NCBI GenBank assembly: GCA_036500225.1
Contig: DASYCJ010000021.1
Location: 7,635 to 71,634, forward strand
Direction: 5' to 3'
From: Gammaproteobacteria bacterium
GTDB taxonomy: Bacteria; Pseudomonadota; Gammaproteobacteria; Natronospirales; REEB76
Length of the DNA: 64,000 nt
The position numbers and the translations under genes are program-made. This document shows positions 48,714 through 58,462 of this stretch, piece by piece; position 1 is the first letter of the stretch; each line of letters starts with the position of its first letter. Below the pieces are notes generated by a model that searched no databases, was not told the DNA's origin, and worked only from the letters and a program-made list of their open reading frames with translations.

Positions 48714-51070
48714 GCCTTCTTGCCCGCCAACAAGAGCCAGGTCTCCACCACCGTGTCCGGGTTCAGGGACACGCTCTCGATGCCCTGTTCCAGCAGCCAC
48801 TGGGCCAGGTCCGGATGGTCTGAGGGTCCCTGGCCGCAGATGCCGATGTACTTGCCGCGCTTGCGGCAGGTTTGGATGGCCATGGAGAGCAGTTTCTTGA
48901 CCGCGGCATTGCGTTCATCGAAGAGGTGCGCGATTACGCCCGAGTCCCTGTCCAGTCCCAGGGTGAGCTGGGTCAGGTCGTTGGAACCGATGGAGAAACC
49001 ATCGAAGTATTCCAGGAACTCGTCCGCCAACAGCGCGTTGGAGGGCAGTTCGCACATCATGATGACTTTCAGGCCGCGTTCGCCGCGCTTCAAGCCGTTG
49101 GCGGTGAGTAGCTCCGTGACTTTCTTGGCTTCCTCCAGGGTGCGCACGAAGGGGATCATCACCTGCACGTTGGTGAGCCCCATTTCCTCACGCACCTTCT
49201 TGAGCGCCTTGCATTCCAGCTCGAAGCATTCGCGGAAGCTGGTATCTATATAGCGGGAAGCGCCGCGGAAGCCCAGCATCGGGTTCTCCTCGTGGGGCTC
49301 GTATTGACGGCCGCCCACCAGGTTAGCGTATTCGTTGGACTTGAAGTCCGAGGTACGCACAATCACCGGTTCGGGAGCGAAGGCCGCGGCGATGGTGGCG
49401 ATGCCCTCGGCCAGGCGCTCTACGTAGAAGCTCACCGGATCCTTGTAACCCGCCATGCGCGAGTCGATCTCGCGTTTCACGTCCGCCGGCTGCGTGCCGT
49501 AGTTGATGAGCGCCTTGGGATGCACGCCGATCATGCGGTTGATGATGAACTCCAGGCGCGCCAGGCCCACGCCCTTATGGGGCAGGCCAGCGAAGTCGAA
49601 GGCACGCTCCGGCGTGCCCACGTTCATCATGATCTTGAGGGGCACGTCCGGCATCTTGGCCAAGCTGATCTCGCGACGCTGGAACTCCAACTTGCCATCG
49701 TAGATGAAACCTGTGTCGCCCTCTGCGCAGGACACGGTGACCGGCTGGCCATCCTTGATCTTCTTGGTGGCGTCGCCGCAACCCACGACTGCAGGGATGC
49801 CGAGCTCACGGGCGATGATGGCCGCGTGGCAGGTGCGTCCGCCTCGGTTGGTGACGATGGCGGAAGCGCGCTTCATCACCGGTTCCCAGTCCGGGTCGGT
49901 CATGTCCGTCACCAGCACGTCGCCAGGCTGGATGCGGCTCATCTCGTGCAGGTCCTTCACCACCTTGGCGGTGCCGGCACCGATCTTCTGGCCGATGCTG
50001 CGGCCTTCCGCGATTACGGCGCCTCGGGTCTTGAGTTCATAGCGTTCGATATTCTGGCTGCGACGGCTCTTCACCGTCTCGGGCCGTGCCTGCAGGATGT
50101 AGATATTGCCGTCGTGCCCATCCTTGGCCCACTCGATATCCATCGGCCGCTTGTAGTGCTTCTCTATAACCATCGCCTGCTTGGCGAGTTCCAGCACGTC
50201 CGCATCGGTGATGCAGAAGCGGGCACGGGCTTCCGCGTGCACGTCGATGGTCTGCACCGCACGGCCGCCGCCTTCGCCGTATACCATCATGATGGCCTTG
50301 CTGCCCAGGTTACGGCGCACGATGGGCGCCTTGCCTTGGGCCAGGGCCGGCTTGTACACGTAGAACTCGTCCGGGTTCACGGCGCCCTGCACCACGGTCT
50401 CACCGAGGCCGTAGGAGGCCGTGATGAACACCACGTCGTTGAAACCCGATTCCGTGTCCATGGTGAACATCACGCCGCTGGCGCCGAGATCACTGCGGGC
50501 CATGCGCTGGATCCCGGCGGAGAGCGCCACTTCGGCGTGCTCGAAGCCGTGGTGCACCCGGTAAGAGATGGCACGATCGTTGAACAGCGAGGCGAACACC
50601 AGCTTCACGGCCTTGACCACGTCATCGGCGCCGCGCACGTTCAGGAAGGTCTCCTGCTGTCCGGCGAAGGACGCGTCCGGCAGATCTTCGGCGGTGGCGG
50701 AGGAGCGCACGGCGACTGAAGCATCTTTGCCGCCGGCCAGGGCCGCATAGCCCTCGCGGATGGATTTCTCCAGGGCGGCGGGGAAGGGGGTCTCCATCAG
50801 CCATTGGCGGATGCGCGCGCCGGTGTCCGCCAGGGCCACCACGTCGTTCACGTCCAGCTTGGTGAGTTCGCGGTTCACCCGTTCCGCCAGGCTCTCATGG
50901 GCCAGGAACTCACGGTAGGCATCGGCGGTGGTGGCGAAGCCGCCGGGCACGGATACGCCCAGCTTGGCGAGATGGCTGATCATCTCCCCTAGGGAGGCAT
51001 TCTTCCCGCCCACCTTGTCCACATCGTGCATGCCGAGCTTTTCGAAACTGATGACGTAGCGCGAGTCCAC
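48710..51070 (-). CDS. ppsA: phosphoenolpyruvate synthase
   Basis: 786 aa with [11 protein letters not shown], phosphohistidine loop [15 protein letters not shown] and C-terminal SIGSNDLTQ. Confidence 0.97.
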   Translation of the reverse strand: MDSRYVISFEKLGMHDVDKVGGKNASLGEMISHLAKLGVSVPGGFATTADAYREFLAHESLAERVNRELTKLDVNDVVALADTGARIRQWLMETPFPAALEKSIREGYAALAGGKDASVAVRSSATAEDLPDASFAGQQETFLNVRGADDVVKAVKLVFASLFNDRAISYRVHHGFEHAEVALSAGIQRMARSDLGASGVMFTMDTESGFNDVVFITASYGLGETVVQGAVNPDEFYVYKPALAQGKAPIVRRNLGSKAIMMVYGEGGGRAVQTIDVHAEARARFCITDADVLELAKQAMVIEKHYKRPMDIEWAKDGHDGNIYILQARPETVKSRRSQNIERYELKTRGAVIAEGRSIGQKIGAGTAKVVKDLHEMSRIQPGDVLVTDMTDPDWEPVMKRASAIVTNRGGRTCHAAIIARELGIPAVVGCGDATKKIKDGQPVTVSCAEGDTGFIYDGKLEFQRREISLAKMPDVPLKIMMNVGTPERAFDFAGLPHKGVGLARLEFIINRMIGVHPKALINYGTQPADVKREIDSRMAGYKDPVSFYVERLAEGIATIAAAFAPEPVIVRTSDFKSNEYANLVGGRQYEPHEENPMLGFRGASRYIDTSFRECFELECKALKKVREEMGLTNVQVMIPFVRTLEEAKKVTELLTANGLKRGERGLKVIMMCELPSNALLADEFLEYFDGFSIGSNDLTQLTLGLDRDSGVIAHLFDERNAAVKKLLSMAIQTCRKRGKYIGICGQGPSDHPDLAQWLLEQGIESVSLNPDTVVETWLLLAGKKA

Positions 51071-51164
51071 GGTCTTCCCCAGGCTGAGATTCCATTATTA
51101 TACCGGCACGGGCCCACTTCCCAAGTTGCGCCCAAGCAGATCACTCGCGGGAGAGCGAAAGCCC

Positions 51165-51986
51165 ATGTCGAACCGCCGTACCGTGTTCTTCGTCTCAGAC
51201 CGCACTGGCATCACCGCCGAGGCCCTCGGCCGCAGCCTCATGAGCCAGTTCGATGGCTCCGGCGTGACCCAGGTCACCCTGCCTTTCATCGATAGCCTAG
51301 ACAAGGCCAAGGCCGCCGTGGCACGCATCGATGCCGCGGCCAAGGAAGATGGTGCCCGCCCCCTGGTGTTCAGCACCCTGGTGCAGGACGATCTCCGAGC
51401 CACCTTCCACGCCAGCGAGGCTCTGTGCCTGGATTTCTTCGACGCCTTCATCGGGCCCCTGGAGCGGGAGTTGGGGGTAAAGTCCTCCCATACTGCCGGT
51501 AAAGCCCACGCTAACGCCGATGACGCCGCTTACCTTACCCGTATCGAGGCGGTGAACTTCGCCCTGGCCAATGACGATGGCGTAACCACCCGCCATTACC
51601 CGGAGGCAGACGTGGTGCTGGTCGGGGTATCTCGTTCGGGCAAGACCCCCACCTGCCTGTATCTAGCGCTGCAATATGGCATCTCAGCTGCCAACTATCC
51701 GCTCACGGAAGACGACATGGACAAGGGACGGCTGCCGGAAGCCCTGCTGCCCTTCAAATCAAAACTCTATGGCCTCACCATCTCACCCATGCGTCTGCAG
51801 CAGATCCGCCAGGAGCGCCGGCCCGACAGCCGCTATGCCTCCAAGGATCAGGTGAGCTATGAAGTGCAGAGGGCGGAGAACCTGTTCAGCAATGCGGGTA
51901 TACCCTTCATCAATACCACGCACCCTTCCATCGAAGAGATCTCGACGACCATACTCCATCAATCGGGATTGAAGCGTCGCTACTAA
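51165..51986 (+). CDS. ppsR: PEP synthase regulatory kinase/phosphorylase
   Basis: VFFVSDRTGITAE and P-loop GVSRSGKTP. Divergent from ppsA. Start trimmed to ATG 51165. Confidence 0.92.
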   Translation: MSNRRTVFFVSDRTGITAEALGRSLMSQFDGSGVTQVTLPFIDSLDKAKAAVARIDAAAKEDGARPLVFSTLVQDDLRATFHASEALCLDFFDAFIGPLERELGVKSSHTAGKAHANADDAAYLTRIEAVNFALANDDGVTTRHYPEADVVLVGVSRSGKTPTCLYLALQYGISAANYPLTEDDMDKGRLPEALLPFKSKLYGLTISPMRLQQIRQERRPDSRYASKDQVSYEVQRAENLFSNAGIPFINTTHPSIEEISTTILHQSGLKRRY

Positions 51987-53623
51987 GTGATCTGAGTCGG
52001 CGCTTTCAATCCCGTAAGTTCTTCTAATCTTGCCAAGCCATGGGCCGCTTTCGAAAGAGAGGCGAGGGCAGTCTTGGCCGTCTGCCCGTGTTTCGCCGTA
52101 TCGGTCTCATGGCGCTCGACGTAGACGCGGAGCGTCGCGCCACGAGTACCGGTGCCGGAGAGGCGGAAACTGATGCGTCCGCCGTCGGCGGTGAAGACCC
52201 GTAAACCCTGGTTCTTGCTCACGCTGCCATCCACCGGGTCGGTATACGTGAAGCTGTCGGCGGAGGCAATCTGCATGCCCGCCACGGATGTCCCGGCCAG
52301 TCCAGGTAACCCCGCTTCCAATTCTTTCATGAGCCTCGCCGCTTGAGCGGAATCCGGGATGTCGTAATCCTCCCGCTGGAAGAAGTCGCGGCCGTACTCC
52401 GCCCAGTGGGCGCTCAATATCTGCGGCAAGGGCTCCTTGCGCACCGCCAGGATGTTCAGCCAGAACAGCACGGCCCATAGGCCGTCCTTCTCGCGACAGT
52501 GGTTGCTGCTGGTGCCGAAGCTCTCCTCGCCGCAGAGGGTGACCTTGTCCGCGTCCAGCAGGTTGCAGAAGAAGCGCCAGCCGGTGGGCGTCTCGTAGCA
52601 AGGGAGGCCCGCTCTCTGAGCCACCCGGTCCGCCGCGCGACTGGTGGGCATGGAACGTGCAAGGCCTGCAAGGCCATCCTTGTATCCGGGCACAAGACGC
52701 GCATTCGCTGCCAAGATCGCCAGGCTGTCGCCGGGCGAGACTACCGTGCTGGGCCCCAGGATCATGTTGCGGTCACCGTCACCATCAGAAGCAGCGCCGA
52801 AGTCCGGCGCATCCGCGTCATCGAACGACCGCACCAAGGCATGAGCATCGTGAGGATTGGGATCTGGGTGCCCGCCGCCAAAGTCCGGCAGCGGCCGCGC
52901 ATTCAGCACCGTACCCGCCGGTGCGCCGAGCTGTCGCTCGAAAATCTCCGTGGCGTAGGGGCCGGTCACTGCATGCAACGCATCGAAGTGCATGCGAAAA
53001 CTACCGGAGCGGAGCAGGGCGCCCATGCGCTCGAAGTCGAAGCAGCGCTGCATCACCGAGGCGTAGTGGGCCACCGGGTCTACGATCTCCACCTGCATGC
53101 CTGCGAAGGCCTGGGTCGAGACCTGGAAGAGATCGATTATGCGGCCTTCGGGAGTGGCAAAGTAGCGATCGATGCTGCGGCTGCGTGCGTAGATAGCTTC
53201 CGTCAATTGCTCGGAAGCCTGGCCGCCGTTGTCGATGTTGAACTTAATACCGAAGTCGCCGTTCGGTCCGCCGGGGTTGTGACTGGCCGTCAGGATGAAA
53301 CCACCGGCGGCTTGTACCGCCGGAATCAGCAACGAAGCTGCGGGCGTCGAGAGTAGACCATCTTTGCCCACCACGCAGCGCTTCACGCCGTTGGCGGCGG
53401 CCATCCGCAGTAATACCGCGATGGCTTCGCGATTATAGAAACGCCCATCGCCGCCGATGACCAGCGTCGCACCCTTGAGCTTGGGCCAGCAGTCGAACAC
53501 CGACTGCACGAAGTTCTCCAGATAGTTGGGCTCGCGGAAACGCGTGACCGGTTTGCGCAGGCCGGCGGTGCCGGGGCGCTGATCTTCGAAGGGAAGGGTG
53601 GGGATCGGGTGAAAGGACATCAT
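51983..53623 (-). CDS. pgm: phosphoglucomutase, alpha-D-glucose-phosphate specific
   Basis: PGTAGLRK, phosphoserine loop TASHNPGGPNGDFGIK and Mg site GDGDRN. Start taken at the MMSFHP Met. Confidence 0.92.
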   Translation of the reverse strand: MMSFHPIPTLPFEDQRPGTAGLRKPVTRFREPNYLENFVQSVFDCWPKLKGATLVIGGDGRFYNREAIAVLLRMAAANGVKRCVVGKDGLLSTPAASLLIPAVQAAGGFILTASHNPGGPNGDFGIKFNIDNGGQASEQLTEAIYARSRSIDRYFATPEGRIIDLFQVSTQAFAGMQVEIVDPVAHYASVMQRCFDFERMGALLRSGSFRMHFDALHAVTGPYATEIFERQLGAPAGTVLNARPLPDFGGGHPDPNPHDAHALVRSFDDADAPDFGAASDGDGDRNMILGPSTVVSPGDSLAILAANARLVPGYKDGLAGLARSMPTSRAADRVAQRAGLPCYETPTGWRFFCNLLDADKVTLCGEESFGTSSNHCREKDGLWAVLFWLNILAVRKEPLPQILSAHWAEYGRDFFQREDYDIPDSAQAARLMKELEAGLPGLAGTSVAGMQIASADSFTYTDPVDGSVSKNQGLRVFTADGGRISFRLSGTGTRGATLRVYVERHETDTAKHGQTAKTALASLSKAAHGLARLEELTGLKAPTQIT

Positions 53624-53684
53624 GCGCCCTGTGTGCGGGTTTGCCAAGCTTGGGGGACTTGACCCCTATGATATAGTCCTTCGC

Positions 53685-54161
53685 ATGTTCGTAGAGACTC
53701 TCCAACAACGTGTGCGCCTGGTGCGGGCCCGCAGTTTCGCGGGTCTCATGACCGTGTACGAGAGCAACCATTCGCGCATGCGACAGTTGCTGGGTGACCT
53801 CGTCCAGGTACCCGAGCACGCAGTGTCCAGGAGCCCCACGGACTTGAGCCTGAACGTGAACGTGCAGGAACGTTCCCGTTACACCACCGTCATGCAGATG
53901 ACATACTGGTTCGATGCCGCCGAAGGTAGCGTCGCTGACCCGGACCTCGCAGTACGCATCTATCACGATGCCCGCCTGGTGGAGGCGGTGGACTGCGCTG
54001 GCAACCCTCGGCATGCGGTGCTGCAGCCGCTGTGGCGTCCGGCCCGTTCCGAGCTGGAACAGCGTTGGACCCTGAATATTTTGCTCAATAAATGGTTGGA
54101 GTTCTGCCTCGACAACCGCCACGTCTTCCCGCACGTAGCCCATCCCATCACCCGTCGCTGA
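53685..54161 (+). CDS. DUF1249 (YqiB-like) protein
   Basis: LMTVYESNHSRMRQLLGDL and AVRIYHDARLVEAV resemble the YqiB family as I recall it. Start trimmed to ATG 53685. Confidence 0.65.
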   Translation: MFVETLQQRVRLVRARSFAGLMTVYESNHSRMRQLLGDLVQVPEHAVSRSPTDLSLNVNVQERSRYTTVMQMTYWFDAAEGSVADPDLAVRIYHDARLVEAVDCAGNPRHAVLQPLWRPARSELEQRWTLNILLNKWLEFCLDNRHVFPHVAHPITRR

Positions 54162-54265
54162 ATATCCGCCGCCGGTCGCCTCCAGGCGGTCCGGCACCCC
54201 TCCGGTTATGGCAAGATGATGCCCGCCCGGCCCCACTCACGGGCCAGCGCGGAGAGCCGTAAGCC

Positions 54266-55372
54266 GTGTCCCCTTTCAAGAAAACACCTGTCGAAGAACC
54301 GCAGGCGCCCAGCGCCGAGATATCCCATCACTCCCTGGTAGAACTGTTCCAGGAACGTAACACCCTCAAGCGCAAGCTGGATGAGGCGGAGACGGAGCGC
54401 ACCGTGTTGCGCGCCGACGTGGCGGACTTAGGCAAGCGAGCCGAGGAGGCCACGCGCCAGCTCGCGGGTCTCGAGAAGATGCTCATGGACCCGGAGAAGG
54501 GTCAGAACGCCATCCTCTACTACCGCATGCGTGCGGTATGGGACCTGTGCCGCAACCAGATACGCAACATCGCTGAAGAGCTCTCCGGCCGCCATGACCA
54601 GGTGGAGCGCAGGCGCTACACCGAGGCTTACGAGCAGCAGCGCGTCACCCAGGTCAAGGATACCCAACGTCTCATCGAGATCCTGGACCGCGATCGTCAA
54701 GCCCTCGCCGGGGACATCGCGCGGATGGAAGCGCAGATTCCCGCGCTGAAGCGTTTCTGGCACAAGAAGAAGCGCGAACAACTCATGGAAGACATCGAGT
54801 TGGCCATGAACAAGTTCGGCCCCATCGACAGGCGGCGCAAGGAACTGGTGGGCAAGCTCGATCAGATCAAGAAAGCCCCACTACCCACTTATCTCGGCAT
54901 CGGCGTGCCGACACGGCGTGCCATCAACGTGTCCATGATCGCCATGGCTCAGTACCTATACCTGCACTTCGTGGAGCACGAGATCGCGCCCATGGCGCGC
55001 AGTGCCGGTCTCAAGCCCGTCATGGATGTGAACTTCGGCGGCGCTAACGAGTGCCTGAAGATTGGCGCGCAGATGTGGGAAGTGGTGATGAAGCTCAGGG
55101 CCGACACCCTCAGGCTTGAGAAACTCAAGCACCGGGCTGAGTATCTGCGCCAGAAGCTCACCTATGCCAGTGACCAGGAGAGTCTGCCCGAGGTCCACTC
55201 GCTGGATTACCTTCTGCCTTCCGCCGCCAACTCGGCGGTGATGGACACCAGCGTCACGGCCATCCCCGTGAACGTGCTGGACCTGAACTATTGGGACTTG
55301 GAGAACCTGCTGCTCAAGCCGCCTGAGAAGACTGAGCAGGTACCTTCCGTGAAGAGCGTCGCCGGCGACTAG
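54266..55372 (+). CDS. hypothetical coiled-coil protein (368 aa)
   Basis: GTG start with GGAGAG upstream. The N-terminal ~190 aa are heptad-like and charged. The C-terminal half is mixed. No signal peptide or recognisable motif. Confidence 0.65.
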   Translation: MSPFKKTPVEEPQAPSAEISHHSLVELFQERNTLKRKLDEAETERTVLRADVADLGKRAEEATRQLAGLEKMLMDPEKGQNAILYYRMRAVWDLCRNQIRNIAEELSGRHDQVERRRYTEAYEQQRVTQVKDTQRLIEILDRDRQALAGDIARMEAQIPALKRFWHKKKREQLMEDIELAMNKFGPIDRRRKELVGKLDQIKKAPLPTYLGIGVPTRRAINVSMIAMAQYLYLHFVEHEIAPMARSAGLKPVMDVNFGGANECLKIGAQMWEVVMKLRADTLRLEKLKHRAEYLRQKLTYASDQESLPEVHSLDYLLPSAANSAVMDTSVTAIPVNVLDLNYWDLENLLLKPPEKTEQVPSVKSVAGD

Positions 55373-55402
55373 CCCCTGCTTCTAAGACGATCCTGAGTAT
55401 CC

Positions 55403-58400
55403 TCAAGCTTGTTCTTGTACAGGCCTTGCGCTGGCGCGCGCCTTCGCCAGGCTATAGACCTTCGATGACCAGATACCCAAGTCATCTAGCAGCACGTAGA
55501 TCGTTGGCAGCAGCAGCAGGCTGATGACTGTGGAGAAGGCCAGGCCGCCGATGATGGCGCGTGCCATGGGGAAGTAGGGCGGCCCGTCGCCGCCGATGGA
55601 GGTATTGCCGATGGCCAGCGGCACCAGTCCCAGGATCGTGGTGGACATGGTCATGATGATGGGTCGTAGCCGGTGGGTGGCGCCTTCCACGACCGCCGAG
55701 TAGCGTGAGAGGCCCGCGTGCCTCAACTGGTTTATGTGGTCGATCATCACGATGCCGTTGTTCACGACCACGCCCATGAGGATAAGGATGCCAATCATAG
55801 CCATGATGCCGAAGCTGGTGCCCGTGATTAGGAAGAACCAGAACACCCCGAATATGGAGAACACGATGCCAGAGAGGATCGCCGCCGGATGCAGCAGCGA
55901 CTCGAAGAGAGCCGCCATCACGATGTAGATCAGCATCACCGCCAGAAGCATGTTGGTGACCATGGTCTGGTTATCGGCATCGTCCTGTTCCACGCCCTCG
56001 CCGAAGGACCACTGGTAACCCGGCGGCCAGTTGATGCTGTCCATCAGGCCCTTGATCTTGGGCCGCACGTCGTCGAACTTGGTCTTGGCATCCAGGCTGA
56101 GCTGCACGTCCAGCGAAGCCGCACGGTTCACATGCTCGATGCTGTTCGGCCCTTCGGTGATGCTGAAGTCCGCCACCGAATCCAATCGAACCGGCTGGCC
56201 CGTGGCGTTATAGAGCTGCAGGTTGCTCAGTTGCTCCAGCGTCTCTCGGTCCTTTTTCTGGTAGGCGAGGGTGATGTTAACCTCGCCATTGGCGGCGCGG
56301 TACTGCGGCAGCTGCTCGCCGCGCAAGGCCACCATCACCGCCGTAGCCACCTGCTCGGCGCCCAAGCCCGCGCGTAGCGCGCGTTCCCGGTCCACATGTA
56401 CGTGCACCTCGCGGGTGCCCGCCAGGGCAGCCGCACGCACGTCCACCACGCCCGGCACCCGTGACAGGATACGGGTCACTTCCTGGGCGCGCGCTTCCAG
56501 CACCGAGGTGGAATCGCCGGTGATCTGCATCTGGATGCCGCCGCCGCTCTGCTGATCGTCGAAGCTCGGCTTGCCGATGGCCAGAGAAGGCATGCCCTTG
56601 CGGATCTCATCCTCCAGTTCCGGAGCGCTCTTGCGGTCCTTCAGGTCATCCCGCAACAAGAGGGTGGTGGAGGCGCGACCGGTGTCGTAATAGGTGTAGA
56701 TGGATTTGAACTCGAATTCCTTCTGATGCGCGTATAGGTAGGCTTCCACCTGGTTAACCGAAGCCTCCACCACGTCCAGGGAATAGTGGCCGTTGAAGTT
56801 GTAATCCATAGACAGGCGCGTCGGGTTGCTGTCGCCTGAATCCTTCTTCACCAGGGCGATGGGCAGCGCTGCCGTCACCATCACCAGGAAGATCACGCCG
56901 ATCATGGTCCAACGGTGTGCCAGGGACCAGCCCAGGAGCTTGGAGTAACGCGCCGAGGCACGATCCACCAGGGTCCTGCGCTTCGGCGGCTTGGGCGTCT
57001 TTATGCGCGCCGACAGCATCGGCATCATGGTGAGAGAGATGAACAGCGAGGCCACTAGCGAGACCACGATGGCGATGGCCACGTGCTTCAGGAACACCGT
57101 GATGTTGTTCTGCACGCCGAACACGTTTGGCAGGAACACGATGATGGTGGCGAGCGTGCCGGCGGTGACTGCCAGGGACACTTCCTTGGCACCACTGCGG
57201 GCCGCAGCCACCGGATCGCCCGGATGCAGCTGGCGGTGGCGGAAGATGCTCTCGGTCACCACCACCGCGTTGTCCACCAGCATGCCGATGGCTAGCATCA
57301 GACCCATCATGGATAGGATGTTGAGGGACAAGCCCAGGAAGTACATCACCGCCAGGGCGATGAGCAGGGAGAAGGGTACCGCGAGTGTCACCATCACCGT
57401 GGTGCTGAGCTGGCGCAGGAAGTAGTAGAGCACCACCAGTGAGAACATGGCGCCCAAGAGGCCCGCGTCCAGCACTGCCGAGAGCGACTGGCGCACGCCG
57501 TCCGCCTGATTGCCCAGGGGGTAGATCTCCACGCCCTTCATCTCGGGCATCTGGGCCACGTCGTCCACTTCTTTCGTCACCCGCTGTGCCACCTCCACCA
57601 TGTTGGAGCCGGTCTCCTTGAACACATCCAGGCCGATGGCGTACTTGCGGTCCAAGTGCCGGCCGTAGGTGAGTTCAGGATTGGCGTACTGCACGTCGGC
57701 GATGTCCGAGAGGCGCAGATCGCTCTGGCCTATGCGCAGGCCGCGGATGTCATCTAGGGTCTGGTACTCGTCGTTCACCTGCACCAGCAGGCGCTGGCCG
57801 GCGTCGGTGATGCTGCCGCCGCTCAGGGTGAAGTTCGCATCCTGCAGGGTCTGGTTGAGCTTGTTCAGGTCCACGTTGTGGGCGGCTATGGCATCGGCAT
57901 GCAGTTCGATGCGGATCTCTTGGGGTTCGATACCGTACAGGTCCACGTGGGACACGCCCGAGACCCGCTGGATGCGGTCCTTGAGCAGGCGGTTCAGCAT
58001 ATCGTAGGAGTGAGACAGGTCCCGCTCGCTGGAGATGCGCAGCTGCAGGATGGGGATGTCCGCGCCGGACTGCTTGATCACGCCGATGTGGCGCACGTCT
58101 GCCGGTAGGTCACCGCGGATGGCATCCACCTTGTCCAGCACCTGCACTTCCTTCACCGAGACGTTCTCGCCCCAGTCGAATTGCAGGTCCACCTCAGACT
58201 GGTTGGCGTCGGAGGTGGAAGTCATGCGCTTCACGCCGCTGAGGGTCGCAAGTGACTCCTCGATGGGCTTGGTGATGAGCCGTTCCACCTCCTCGGGGCT
58301 GGAACCCTGGTAGGGGACCTGCACGGCGATGAAGGGGAACTCGATGTCAGGGAAGTATTCCAGAGGCAAGAGTCGCGCCGCGATCACACCAATGGCGGCG

Positions 58401-58462
58401 AAGCAGGTGAAGATCACCATCACCGTGACGGGACGTTTGAGGGCGAAGTCGGTGATATTCAC
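55403..58462 (-). CDS. RND efflux transporter permease (second pump gene)
   Basis: 1019 aa with 12-TM AcrB-type architecture: N-terminal RPVTVMVIF..LPLEYFPDIEFP and TM4 LAIGMLVDNAVVVTESI. Confidence 0.93.
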   Translation of the reverse strand: MNITDFALKRPVTVMVIFTCFAAIGVIAARLLPLEYFPDIEFPFIAVQVPYQGSSPEEVERLITKPIEESLATLSGVKRMTSTSDANQSEVDLQFDWGENVSVKEVQVLDKVDAIRGDLPADVRHIGVIKQSGADIPILQLRISSERDLSHSYDMLNRLLKDRIQRVSGVSHVDLYGIEPQEIRIELHADAIAAHNVDLNKLNQTLQDANFTLSGGSITDAGQRLLVQVNDEYQTLDDIRGLRIGQSDLRLSDIADVQYANPELTYGRHLDRKYAIGLDVFKETGSNMVEVAQRVTKEVDDVAQMPEMKGVEIYPLGNQADGVRQSLSAVLDAGLLGAMFSLVVLYYFLRQLSTTVMVTLAVPFSLLIALAVMYFLGLSLNILSMMGLMLAIGMLVDNAVVVTESIFRHRQLHPGDPVAAARSGAKEVSLAVTAGTLATIIVFLPNVFGVQNNITVFLKHVAIAIVVSLVASLFISLTMMPMLSARIKTPKPPKRRTLVDRASARYSKLLGWSLAHRWTMIGVIFLVMVTAALPIALVKKDSGDSNPTRLSMDYNFNGHYSLDVVEASVNQVEAYLYAHQKEFEFKSIYTYYDTGRASTTLLLRDDLKDRKSAPELEDEIRKGMPSLAIGKPSFDDQQSGGGIQMQITGDSTSVLEARAQEVTRILSRVPGVVDVRAAALAGTREVHVHVDRERALRAGLGAEQVATAVMVALRGEQLPQYRAANGEVNITLAYQKKDRETLEQLSNLQLYNATGQPVRLDSVADFSITEGPNSIEHVNRAASLDVQLSLDAKTKFDDVRPKIKGLMDSINWPPGYQWSFGEGVEQDDADNQTMVTNMLLAVMLIYIVMAALFESLLHPAAILSGIVFSIFGVFWFFLITGTSFGIMAMIGILILMGVVVNNGIVMIDHINQLRHAGLSRYSAVVEGATHRLRPIIMTMSTTILGLVPLAIGNTSIGGDGPPYFPMARAIIGGLAFSTVISLLLLPTIYVLLDDLGIWSSKVYSLAKARASARPVQEQA

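Noticed and set aside
49292-50719. 475-aa ORF antisense to ppsA
   Set aside because: High-GC antisense artefact opposite a full-length PEP synthase.
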